The position numbers were made by a program, and so were the translations under genes. Below the pieces are notes generated by a model, which saw only the letters and a list, made by a program, of their open reading frames with translations, had not been told where the DNA came from and ran no database searches. DNA of 59,667 bases, counting the filler, from Catajapyx aquilonaris (lineage: Eukaryota), in assembly GCA_000934665.2 (NCBI GenBank). It is 2 parts of 2 records of this genome, joined end to end, with 100 filler letters (N's around TTAATTAATTAA, not from the genome) between each part and the next. Parts side by side here need not be neighbours in the genome. Positions count along the whole stretch, not along the records: positions 1 to 29,789 come from JYFJ02004749.1; 1 more part is not named here. The stretch is one strand, 5' to 3'. Positions 11,836 to 23,794 of the stretch are shown here, piece by piece. Numbering within the stretch: position 1 is the stretch's first letter; each line of letters opens with the position of its first letter.

Positions 11836-12683
11836 GTCGGGAGTATCTGCGAATGAGAGACCGGCGGGAAAATTAGCACGGGAATGAAAGGCGAGCACGT
11901 GCGCAAGAGGAAGTGACCTCGACCGACAATCCGGGAGAGGCTGGAGGATATTGCATCGTGTTTTTCATGGCTTACTGTAATAATTTCAGATAGTGGAATG
12001 ACGGGGGCGTTGTGGAGACGTCAGATCAAAACACTACTTCCTATTAGATGACCTACCAAGTGGTCTTATCTCTACTGGCACTAATATCAGGATCTGGCTT
12101 GGCTGGCTGGTATCAGCATGTTTTGTTATTATGCGGTATATGGGCAGATTTGCAGCGGAAGTGTGGGTGTTGTTGCAAATCACTTAAAGGTTGCGGATTA
12201 TAAATATAAACGTAAGTATAGGAATATTTCTGAGTAATTTGCAACCCCCTTTCGTGATTGGTTATAGCAATCACTTCCGCTCACTTCCGTTGTAATATCG
12301 GTTGGGAATCGACATATTCCGTGCTACACAGCACCTCTTACTAAATATATACCATAAGTTGAGGTTAGACAGAATTTGTATTTTTTTCCATATTTTGTCG
12401 CTATGTATATAGGAAAGCAAAACTTTCTGAACCCAAAAGGGTATTACTTTGCACCTAAAATCATATTTTGGGGTTCGTGACATATTTTGCCGTACATTTC
12501 GTGTTTTATATATTTTTTAATGATTCCATTTTTGATTCCTTAGAACTCTGACCTAGTTTTGCGAAAGAGGTCCACAGAAAATTCCGAGCATGATTCTTAT
12601 AGGAACAATTTTTTTTCTCTAACAGGCAATTTATTAATGTAGAGTGTTCAATTAAATATTTTATGCTGATGAAAAAATAGTTA

Positions 12684-13050
12684 CAGTGGAGCATCGATTA
12701 TCCGAAACAATGGGGGACTGGGGGTGTTGGGATAACTTATTTTTCTGATAACCTATCATTTACGGAAAAACGGAGCAATATGACACAAAGAAACAGTGAT
12801 ATTAAACACAAAACTGCATATTTTGTATCACAGTCACGTCTTAAAAATACATATACCCTACGTAAAGTAGTATACAGTATACATTAAAGTAGGCCTACAG
12901 TTTAGGAAAAGAAGTCCAATACGTATTTCAGAACTGAGACTCGTTTTTTTGCCGCTAAATTTCACGCACAAATTTGAATTTGCCGACTCGAACATTTTCG
13001 GTTAACCGACGCTTCGGTTGATCGGTATTCGAATAATCGATGCTCCACTG
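12684..13050. mobile_element. Tigger/pogo-like MITE
   Basis: TIRs CAGTGGAGCATCGATTAT / ATAATCGATGCTCCACTG, TA TSD on both sides. Confidence 0.9.
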
Positions 13051-13150
13051 TATTCAATTTGTAACATCTTATGGCACCGAACAATTTATGTTTGAACTTG
13101 AAGACAGGAATTAAATATTGTGCCCGTCTATGGTTCCGTCTATGGCCCGT

Positions 13151-13208
13151 CCAGGGTATTTCTCAAAATCCCTATCTATTTAGATAGGGATTTTGAGAAA
13201 TACCCTGG
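13151..13208. repeat. Perfect 28-bp inverted repeat with 2-nt loop
   Basis: ccagggtatttctcaaaatccctatcta-tt-tagatagggattttgagaaataccctgg. Confidence 0.9.
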
Positions 13209-15713
13209 TTTTATCATATACTGAGCTCGGTGAAACCGGCCCTTAGAGACGGGACATCATGTGAACATATGAGGCCCTATCTCGGCATAAGATTTAACCT
13301 GGATTTAACAATCAACAGACGCCATCACACTACTTTTCATGGCAAGATTAAAACCCCCAATCTCAAGATAATACAGGAAATGTTCATCAACTGTCTCGCC
13401 TCCAAACCAAAACTTAATTCTTGACAACTCGACTGAAAAGTGTACACTGGAGTACCAAATTCAAGGAGTACCTAGGAGTAATAAAGAGTGAGGTACCTGA
13501 GGAGTACCAGGGAGTACCACTCGCAAGTGTACACCGGAGTACCGAAGTGATTACCTCCTTGATTCTTGATTACAAGATCACATGCCCATCAACTTATTAG
13601 TTATTATTAAAATCCTATACGTTGTTTGACTGAGCCCTCTGATTGGTCCGCCCCGTATTGTTGTTACCGCCGCTTATTCCCCTAGGCCTCCGATCCACGC
13701 ATATGCACCATGGGGTGTAAACAACGTCTCTAACTTACCATTCAGTCTCTGTCGGCCGTAGATCAACACTTCGCTATCTCGCACTTCGCGCCCAACTCGG
13801 CCCCACTCACAACGTTCCATTATAGGCTACACTTCTNCCTCATGTTCTATCCACCCATCCCTGTATTGTTGGGCGGTTGGCACCACTGACATTAAATAAA
13901 CAGGTCGTTCTTGGAACGTCGCGTCGCGTCGGAGGACGTGTTCTGATAGTGATAGCCAAAGGTTGGCAATCGCTTTCATCTGAATAACTTGACTTTAGTT
14001 CTTCAGGTATCTCCTACCTTATCTTGACAATCAGGTGCCAATATTGTGTGAATTATCCTAAAGTTCAAACCAAATAAAATTGCCATTAGTGGGTCACAAC
14101 AGGTTTTCTCTGGACCGATACACTCCTATCAATGTCATTCAACCCAGTACCCTCCACTATACATATATGCTGAGGAAGGTCAGGTACCTTTCCCGGGCAT
14201 ACATTTATTTTATTTTTTTGCTTCTATATCCTTCCAAGAAGGACATTCATTATTGCACCACGGGAGTTCATCGCTACAATGCATCTCCAATTTTTTTTCT
14301 CCGTATGTCTGCAACATGTGTTGGGTAATAAAGCGATAAATTACAGGGGACGCTCATCACGCAAGAGAGTGTCAATCCTGAACTCTGAGTGTTTTCCCAG
14401 AAAGCGATAAATTGATGGAAGAATAAGGAGGCATTTCATGAGAATGTGAGCCAACAACCTCTTTGGTCACAGTTACCCTCCGGTACTAAGTGCCTTTTCA
14501 CTTGAAACCTCCTGAGGCTTACTTCTTCAGGGCGGAACCTAGATGACCACTGAGCATCTGATTCTCCCCAGTGCGTCACCGGAATTTTTACGCAACGTCT
14601 TAATGTAAGTGGTGCAATTGCGCGGGGAAACAAAGGAGATGTAACTGTACTAATCACGTGACTCGTTATGGGTACTATTAGAAAAAAAAATTGAGGGGGA
14701 AAAAATCAGTGGAATCAATTGAGGCGTTGACATAGGAAAGGGCGTAAGTCCCAAGTCAATTACAGGGTGTAACAAGGCAGCTTGTATTTCCGCTTGGATT
14801 ACCACTGCGTGACAATAAAGGACGGTGCTGTATTAAGGAACGTGGGAGGTGCGTAAACAAGAACTGGCAAAAATTGGAGGGGGCAAATTAGGGCAAGATA
14901 GGATAAGAGATATGAAACTTGATCTTGGATTTTAAAGCTTCTTGGAAACGGTCTTACGAGAGGGTGACGGCACTATTGATGTCGAGTGCATCACAGTATA
15001 TGAATGAGGATGGAGAGGTTTCACGCTTGACCTCAGAAAGTAGCAAAAAAGCAGTCAGAAAATGAATGTGCAGCTTGCTCACCTTGGCAAGTGATTACGA
15101 GCGGTATATGTTGCGATTAATTAAAGAGGGATATTCCAGTAATATCTCATTTGCATGTTTGTAATCTATCGTACACTTTGGAAAAAGAATTCTTGGACTT
15201 CTTGACGTACTTATCAAATACATGCGAATGAGAATTAAAATACATACCAGCTGGGTTGGGTCTTGTGACGTATTTTGGTGCAAGGGCCCTGATATATTAT
15301 ATACGCAGACTCTCATAAGTTTAAAATGACATCACCTTTGTTACCATTGTTATTATGACAACAATGACGTATCTTGGAAATGTAAAAAAAAGAAGAGTTT
15401 ATATGGATCTAGTTCCTAATCTTAAAATTGTGCCTTTTAAATAGTTGAAAGCGGTTTTTGATTCGTGAAATTCTGCAAATCCGAAACTTCCGATATTCAC
15501 ACAGGAAAGCAAAAGCCTTAATTTGCATACAAATCTGACAGAAACATAAAGGTACAGGAAGTGCCACAGAAAAGAAGTCAACATTCAGGGGTGTAACAGC
15601 CAGTGACAAACGCAAAGGTCAGCAAGACCTTTTTCTCAGAAAGTCTGTTATTACTCCCATGTTGTAACACACCTTAATGCTACCATGACGTAATACGCAG
15701 CGATAACTCTTAC

Positions 15714-15900
15714 CTGTGCAGTTTCCTGGTTTGCCAAGCTGAGAAGTGAGCGCACCAAACCAGGGTCAGCAACAGAGTCACTAAATCTGCAGGGTCACTC
15801 TCCATCAATATCTTGAAAAAGTTGCTCTTTTTTTTACAACCATTAACGCTTGCGCGTATTTGTGACGTCATCTTGTCCCTTCCAAAAGTGATTGGTTGGA
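15714..15900 (-). promoter_or_regulatory. Candidate promoter and first exon on the minus strand
   Basis: CCAAT box (~15890-15896, minus), CRE TGACGTCA at 15863-15870, then strong donor CAG|GTAAGA at 15714/15713. Confidence 0.35.
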
Positions 15901-17279
15901 GAACCCTAGTGACTTGCACGTTTTTTCCACACCCATCAAACCCCGAGGGACAAGGATTGCACGATTGCTCTTAACCCCCCCCCCCCCCTCCTTTTTTTTA
16001 CTACTACCACCCCCCTGAACACCTCAAGCCCACCGCTTTTTTTGTTGCACTTGTTGCACCTGCCTGAGTCATTCTAGAAGCCTATTATCGGTAAGATGCT
16101 ATATAGAAGCCAGGGGGGATACAGTTTATAGGATCATTACTGCTAGCCCAAGGATCAATTTTAGCGAAATTAAATAATGATTATTGCTGCTCTATACAGA
16201 AAAGGGGAAGATTTTCATACTTTCATGATACTATGCAATCAATTTTAATAATTTTTTATACTATATTACACAGGCACTATTCGTGTCAGACATGCACGGT
16301 GGAATTTCCAAGTTGTTAATTATACAGTAGTTTTAACTGTATAGTGTTGATTCGTAGTAAATAAACTGGCCTTATTATACCAGCAACTGTGGCTATTTAT
16401 GCGCTAACTTTTCATTAATCCCCATATTAACTGGCCTTTATGCGCTTGACCACTATTAAATGTTTCATATATCGATCCAGCTCATAAAGATTAATGCATT
16501 ATTAATTTCAAAGCAAGATATTGTTATAATGGTATACCATATTGTTCCCCATCCTCCTTTACCAGGCGGATATTCAGCCTGGTGGATTTTTGCCTCTCAT
16601 GTTTTAGCCAGTAGATGGAACTAAGGCACGTTTGGCTATAGATAACACGCACCATGACGATATCTATAGCGTAAACACCACGATGTATAGTGTGTATTAC
16701 CATGGGAAATTTGAGACCGCGGTACGTACTAATAATTGAATGACCCAACAGAACAAAGACCAAAGTCCAGCAAGATAGGAAACTGGTGCAAAATATTTTT
16801 AAATGGTCAAGAATAATTTAATTACGCCTACGCTTAAAAGGTATTTCTGCTACCAATTTTTAAATCAGGCATGCTTTAATTTCAATTATCACATAGACTT
16901 CAGCTCATGTTCTATTGGATCATTCAATTAAGTAAATAAGTACGAGTATGCCCATCGAAATTGGTATATTGTGATGTGCGTCAGAAGTATTATGTTTTGA
17001 GCATAAGGAATTTAGAGTGAGACCTTGCCTATAGGTTGTTGGGCGGGTTTTCTCTTATTTGATCAGGGAAGATAAAGACCTTCATTCTCACTTGCCAGTG
17101 TTGCGAATAGCGGTGGGAATCAAAGGGGGAGAGGGTATTCGAGGTATAGCAGGTTACATAATCATGAGTACATGACACATGATCCAGCTGGCTATGTAAA
17201 AACATGTCATCAATGATGTGAAAATGTGAATGAGGTTATACATAGGTTACTGCAGGAATTACACTGTAGGGCCTACAGA

Positions 17280-17682
17280 CACTGTACTCTCGATTATCTA
17301 GGCTAATGACTGCATGGGTGTCGCCGGATAATCGTAAAACACGAATATACCGTAGAAATGAGCTATTCACAAGTTTTTCATGTAATTACTAGTGTATGGA
17401 GAGTATGCTACTTGGTTGAATCGAAATAATAACATTTACCATTTTGTCTTCTAGAAAAAAATCTGTTATAACTAGAATTGTTGTGGAGATGTACTGAGAG
17501 TGGGTGAAATTTTCGTCCCCCTGGGTAGTTACTGCTAACTTAGTCACTGGTACTGCTAAGTTAGCAGTATTTAGCAGTGGGACGAAAATTCGACACATTT
17601 TTTGTGACTTTCATTTTAAATTTTATTTTTTGGCGATGCACGGATAATCCACACCCGGATAATTGGGAACAGGAATACAGTG
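17280..17682. mobile_element. Degenerate MITE with CACTGTA termini (related to 21060-21486)
   Basis: cactgtactctcgattatc ... ggataat...aatacagtg, followed by TA. Confidence 0.5.
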
Positions 17683-18080
17683 TATATGTATTTTTTTCAA
17701 CACCCTCTGACTGTTTACTCACCCAGTAAGTGGAACAAAATGAGAAAATTGGACAGGCAATAAAATGTAGGCCTATGCAGCTCATTCATTCCTAATATCA
17801 GATAGACCCTTTAGACCGTACCTTTCCAATGCCAAGTAGTGTTCCTGCCACCAACACCTTTCACCAGCAACTTTTCAATTTTGCCTTTTACCTCTTTAAA
17901 ATTATCACAGGGGACGCTAGGAACATCAGATAATTTTAATTCTTCAAATAATAGTAGATCGTGACTGATTTTTTGAGATTCCATTATCCATGAACCCCTT
18001 CACTACGGACCGCCTCCCTGACTGTGAAGATAAGGACAAGAGATTTTACACATAATAACAGATACCGGTACACGTACATG

Positions 18081-18712
18081 TTCATGCAAAAGACTGAATA
18101 TATTTTGGAACCATTTTCATCATCTAGAAGTCCCTAAATTAATTTTCAAAAATATCGCTGTAAAAACTTCAAATTCAGTAGGCTACTATTGGCCAACTGT
18201 TAGGCCAATTTAATTATGAAATATGTTGAAACATACGGAGCATGTACCTTGAGAACGGTGCCAGATGAATTTGCTGAAATAGTTGTACTTCATGAGAAAT
18301 ATATTAAATTTTATTCTTATCTGCGGCTTGCTGGCACTTCGGAAAACCCCCTAATATTATTTCATGCGAAGTACAACGATTTCAGCAAATTCATCTGGCA
18401 TGGTTCTCAAGGTAGATGCTCCGTATATTTTAACTTACGGTATTTCATAATTAAATCAGCCTAATAACACTGGGTAGTACTTGGAAGTTTGAGTTTTTAC
18501 AGCAATATTTTTGAAAATTAATTTAGGAAATGATTTAGGAAAATTGTTCCAAAGGCATTCATAGTGAAGAGCATGAAGGTGGTGGTCTAACAGTTAGCCG
18601 GTAGTACAGTACTAGAATTTCAGGTTTGTACAGCGATCTTTTTGAAAATTAATTTAGGGACTTCTAGATGATGAAAATTGATCCAAACACATTCATAGTG
18701 TTTTGCATGAAC
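18081..18712. repeat. Foldback element: nested long inverted repeats with a duplicated right arm
   Basis: ~18200-18300 pairs with ~18358-18462; ~18081-18180 pairs with both ~18478-18577 and ~18610-18712. Confidence 0.8.
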
Positions 18713-19145
18713 GGGTAAGTATGGCTGTTGTTATTTGCAATATATTTTGTCCATATCTTTACAGTACGCGTAATAGAAAATCTAGGTGTTTTCGGCCTAG
18801 CTTGTAGCGAAGGGGTTAAAACCAATGTTCATATTCATTATGAGTTTACACTTCATGTCCTCTTGGTTTCTTTATTGTTTTCATATGCACCAATAAGAGG
18901 TTTTCATGCCAAAATGCAATCCTCCATAAGCACTTTTTTGTGCCACTCAAAATAAATCCCTCATGCCAATATTTATAACAGATTATTAAAACCGAAGGGT
19001 GTCATCCAACCAGTTTTTAAGCTTCTGTTATGTATCATTCCAATTGTGGTTTAGTCATCATCTAAGGATTTTATTATCATTCAGAAGTCAATCTACAGAT
19101 GTTCATATCAGTTGGCTGTTATATTATCTACATTAGGGTCTACTG

Positions 19146-19387
19146 CAGGGATTCCCAACCTGGGAGTCGTGCCCCCCTCCCCCCCAAGGGGGCCGTGGAG
19201 CAGGTCCAGGGGGGCCGTGAGAGCCATTGTACCATATTTGGTGTTTTGTATTAATATTGTGGGGAAATTACTTGTCTTGTTTGGCTGCTTCATTAAAGAT
19301 TTATGTATGTTACTTTTGCAAGGGGAGCCGTGGAGAAATTTTAGGTGATTTGGGGGGTCGCGGATGCAAAAAGGTTGGGAACCCCTG
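19146..19387. mobile_element. hAT (Charlie-like) MITE
   Basis: TIRs CAGGGATTCCCAACCT / AGGTTGGGAACCCCTG; perfect 8-bp TSD GTCTACTG. Confidence 0.92.
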
Positions 19388-20339
19388 GTCTACTGTATGT
19401 GACATAATATATTGGTTGTAAATAAAATATTATTTTATTGTGCAGTCAAAATACAGTATAAATATACCGTACATTGTGTTTTAATTCCAAATAGGGATGT
19501 GGAGCTTCTTTGAAGATGCACTTGTTGACACTCCCTAGAGAAAAAAAAAGTTTTGTGCCGTTTCATCACAGTACTGGCTGAACGCACTGCAAAAGAACAG
19601 GAGGAACTGACACTTTCATAGTATAATAATAAATGGCACTATCACATTTCAAAAAGAGGTTGTCTACATATTACAATGAAAGGGTTAGGTCACGTACCGC
19701 ATATTCCGCCATGTTTGATCCATATTTGTACCAAAAACAATATTTATGCCACACTATAACAACCCTGCCTCAATAATGGCAACACACGGATTTTTTAATC
19801 AACCGTATCATAATACAATGACCGTCCTTTCCGGTCCTTTCCCTTCCCACAAATTCGGGATTAAACATGGCGGCGCCCATTAATCACGCTACATGTTCGA
19901 AAATTTCGGGAAAATTTACATGCGGTGTCCCACAGTACAGTACACTCGAGTACACTGCATACACTGCACATTCTTCATACATCACCGAACTAATATAAAC
20001 CACCGTACTCCAGTATGGGCACCGGTATGCCTTCTCCAGCCACTACCGTACTCTACAAAACTTAAAGTCACACTACAACGTCGAGTGAGGTCAGCACCAG
20101 CGTACTCATCATATTGACTTTTTAATCCTGTACCCATCCGCCAACACCCCCTGTACAACACCCTGCCCCGTACAATTAATCTCCAACATCCCTACACCAC
20201 ATTATCAAACGCTGATCATCCAGTCATACCTTCCGCAATAAAATTGGCGCAGGTATGACCATGCACGTACCGGACAACCGGACTACTTGGTGTACCGAGT
20301 GGTGAAGAGGCCGAACATGCGCATTAAGTTCTGCAAGAA

Positions 20340-20580
20340 AAAAAAAGGACAACAAGGGAGCATTTCCGGAAAACGTGTCCCGCATGTGTGAGCTGAAAAA
20401 TTCACTCAAAGTACCTGGTACCGGCGAAAGATGTCAAGGATTCTTCGTAAGTGGAGTTGGAGAGTGTAGGTTTTTAAAAGTAACGAGTGGGATCAGGCGT
20501 GGAGAGAAGGAAATGATGGGTTTTGTCGGTCACATGCCATTTCCGTTCGGCGCAGGAAGTTGAAGATGGCGCCTAGCTAA
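20340..20580. promoter_or_regulatory. Candidate (possibly bidirectional) promoter of GABP-beta
   Basis: CpG-enriched; ETS-like cores (TTCCGGAA ~20364, ATTTCCG ~20539, CAGGAAGT ~20553) and YY1-like AAGATGGCG ~20563, upstream of 5'UTR splice donors. Confidence 0.45.
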
Positions 20581-20928
20581 CATCCTGTTGGAAGGAAATT
20601 TGGATTTGGAATTTTTTGGGGATGGGATAGATGTATGGCTGAAGGGGAATTAGTAGTTGGCATGTAGGTATGCCAGGAGTATTGAATGAGATATGATACA
20701 TACGCAGGCTAGTCATGTTGCGGACAGCTCTTGCCGGTTGGGTTGCGGAAAGATGTTGAGAGGTTGTTTACACTGTGCTGCTTTTGCTGGCTAGAACAGA
20801 TTGGAAATGAGTGTTAGTGCAACATCATCAGGTAAACATTTCAGTAAGTCGAATAATGTGATGTATGCGTAATATTTCAGTTTGAAGTTACGGAGACCAG
20901 AAATGCATCATTGGCCGCCATCAACAAC

Positions 20929-21036
20929 ATGTCCCTTGTGGACCTTGGGAAGAAGTTGCTGTTTTGTGCGAAGACTGGAGACACAGACCAAGTACGAGCC
21001 CTCATGACAAAAGGAGCACCATTTACAACTGATGGG
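20929..21036 (+). CDS. GABPB1: GA-binding protein subunit beta (ankyrin repeat), first coding exon only
   Basis: [36 protein letters not shown] closely matches the GABPB N-terminus ([36 protein letters not shown]); acceptor tttcAG at 20880; donor GTAAGT at 21037. Confidence 0.85.
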
Positions 21037-21059
21037 GTAAGTAGGAAGGAAATGAATTA

Positions 21060-21486
21060 CACTGTACTCCAAATTATAGTGATTCGGATTATCCATGCAT
21101 CACTAAACCGTGCATTCATTAGTCCGGATCAGCCCGAGGACACTTCTATCCTAGGCAAATAGAAAAAGCCGTGCCATTATCTCTTCCCGCAGTGGCGCTA
21201 ATATATCTGCAATGGAATCCTGCTGTGGAACTCACGTCTCCATAAGTTCAGCGCCTCTTATGGCACAATTATTTACTTATGCCTACAGCTTTATACGGCT
21301 CTATAGGCGTTAGTGCATAGTTGTGCCGTAATAGGCGCAGAACATATGGAGATGCGAGTTCCACAGCGGGGTTCCATTGCAGATATACTAGCTCCACTGC
21401 AGGAAGGGATAACGGGAAGCAAGGTGGCGTCGAGTGTCCCGACCTATTCTTCTTAGACCGTGGTCTGGATAATAGGGAGTACGGTG
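21060..21486. mobile_element. MITE (CACTGTACTCC TIR, TA TSD) with a nested palindromic element at ~21183-21407
   Basis: ta-cactgtactcc ... ggagtacggtg-ta; inner ~85-bp arms ttcccgcagtgg...ggcacaa / ttgtgcc...ccactgcaggaa. Confidence 0.7.
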
Positions 21487-21529
21487 TATACCCAACGAGA
21501 GCACTGACTGGTACAATCATGAATACATA

Positions 21530-22456
21530 TGAGGGCGAGTCAATAAAGAAAGAGAATTTCTTTTTTCACGTATCACGTTGTGGACGTACGGTGACAAAAC
21601 AATTTTTTGGGGGAATGGTCAGGTCTTGTGGGATTGGCTTAAAAAACTCTGAGCTTGTATGCGCATGCATCAGATAGCATTTAGCCAAAGACGCATGCAT
21701 GGTGAGAATTCGCCTACCAAAAATGGAGTAAGTTCGGGATGAGCAGCACGCTTCAGTGTCTGGTAGCGGAGTATGGCGAGGCCTGCCTGAATGTCATCAT
21801 TACAGATGTGTGGAGTTTGCTTCACCACTACAATCCCGAATGAAAACAGGCGAGCTCAGTCTGAAAATCACCCAGTTCTCTGACGCTGAAGAAGGCCGAG
21901 GTTGTTCGGTCAGCAGGAAAGGCAATGCCCATTACCTTGTTCGAATCCTGGGAAATGGTTTACCAGTATGAAGTGCCCCTGCATACAACAGTCAATGTTA
22001 AGTATTATGCGGGTATTACGTGACAGTTTTGAACGTCCTGGCTGAACACATCCAACGAAATCACCCTGAGCTGCACCCTGCCTGCACCAGGATAATGCAT
22101 GACCACACGTTGCCAATGTTGCTGCCCAATATTTGACCCAACAAAACATTGAATGTGTGCCATACAGCCCGGACCTAGGTCCATGCACTGTTTCTGTTCT
22201 CTTGTCTGAAATTGGTACTGCGGGGCCACCGTTTTGGATCATCAGCAACCATTATGAAGAACACGGCAGGCGGTTCTGAAGACGATGTCAAAAAACAGGT
22301 TCTGGCATTTCTTCCACGACTGGCACTAATGTTGGGCCAAGTGCATATAACTCAATGGGGACTATGTCGAAAAACACAATATCATCCTGTGTGGACCCTG
22401 CTTAATGTATTCAGTGAAAAATAAATTCTGTCTCATTCTTTATTGACTTGCCCTCG
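21530..22456 (+). mobile_element. Mariner element, degenerate
   Basis: TIRs gagggcgagtcaataaagaaagaga / tctcattctttattgacttgccctcg, TA TSD; remnants TVNVKYY, HQDNA*PH, SPDL. Confidence 0.85.
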
Positions 22457-23007
22457 TATAATGTCATCTCATAAACTCAATTTTTCTTATTATGCAACAT
22501 TTTAAAGTGAATGTTTGGAGATATGTTGTGTCACATGATTAGCATGCTGGGCATACTAAATGCAATCTTTTAAATTTATTTTGGTTCGCAGGGACTCAAG
22601 TGTAAACTATCAAATCATAAAATGAACACTCCCACTGCAAATTGCAAAATGCGTGCAATATGCCCAGCTTCCCTTCTAATCCTACTGAAGTTTAATATCA
22701 TTTTCCATTAAAATAACGGAAAATGATCACCTCATTTTGCTAATAATTTCAGTTCGATTTTGCTCTTACAGAGCTGTTACTGGCAGAATTTCACTGTTTC
22801 ACTTTACATTATTAAGAATAACTCCAGCTAAAAATTGTTGCGGTTCAAGGAAAAAGTAATCGCACTCAAGTAACGTTAGGATTGTGTATCATGAAACGAC
22901 GTATACAAATATCTTGGCAAAACATTTTTGTGTAATTTTGAGTTTCTTTTATGATTAAAATAATGGTATTCAGCTTTACCCCACAAGAGGGGTAATCCCA
23001 GGTCCAG

Positions 23008-23343
23008 GACACTCCCTATACCAGTACATTGCTCCCCCTGTGTACCTTAGCTGATCTCCCCCACTGCGGGGGTTTGCCATGCCGGCGCTGCAGTCTCGGA
23101 CTCCAAGATGGTGGTGCCTTACCTAGTGGGAAATTCTGAACCATTTCGGTCGACTCCGATTGGCTGGAGTAGTACACACCTTCTGTACTGCTCCACAGGA
23201 GGCCTTAACTACTCGAGCCTATCGGAGTCGAACCAAATTGGTTCAGAATTTCCTGCTAGGTAAGGCACCACCATCTTAGAGTTTGAGACGGCAGCGCCAG
23301 CATGGCAAACCCCGGCAGTGGGGGAGATCAGCTAAGGTGCACA
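23008..23343. mobile_element. Palindromic MITE, family A copy 1
   Basis: ~135-bp arms cttagctgatctccccca...ggagtagt / actactc...tgggggagatcagctaagg; homologous to 27526-27836. Confidence 0.8.
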
Positions 23344-23794
23344 TATAAATGTGCGGATACAGACCTATATTAGCGACACAGTCCGTTGCCTCCACCGACT
23401 AATACCCTCCCGCCTCCCGCACGGCAGTAAGAGCAAGTACAGCCGAAAAAAGTCTCTAAAATTGGCCATTTAAGCACCAATGCCCGAAATAGGCAATTTT
23501 AGGTTCGGGTCATTCGACGTGAAGCCATCATGAGGTGTGCTCGTGAATTTTAGGTTTCGAGAATATTTTGCAGGGAGATAGACCTATCACTAAACTCTAG
23601 ATATCCCAAGTATTTCTCTTCGCTGGCCTCTAGATCACAAGAGGTGAGGGGATATGTCTGAGGGGGCAAATTGCAACTTTCAGAATCAAGTATATCATAA
23701 ACTACGTGTCGTAGCGACTCTTTTCATGGAACATTTGTCTCAGATCATAGAATGTTGGATTTGAAAATGTAATCACTTATGATATATATGAGGC

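Noticed and set aside
13430..13550. GGAGTACC-rich cluster as a structured array
   Set aside because: Irregular spacing and short units; most simply a decayed simple repeat.
14550..15050. LINE reverse-transcriptase remnant on the minus strand
   Set aside because: Only faint resemblance; no diagnostic motif could be read.
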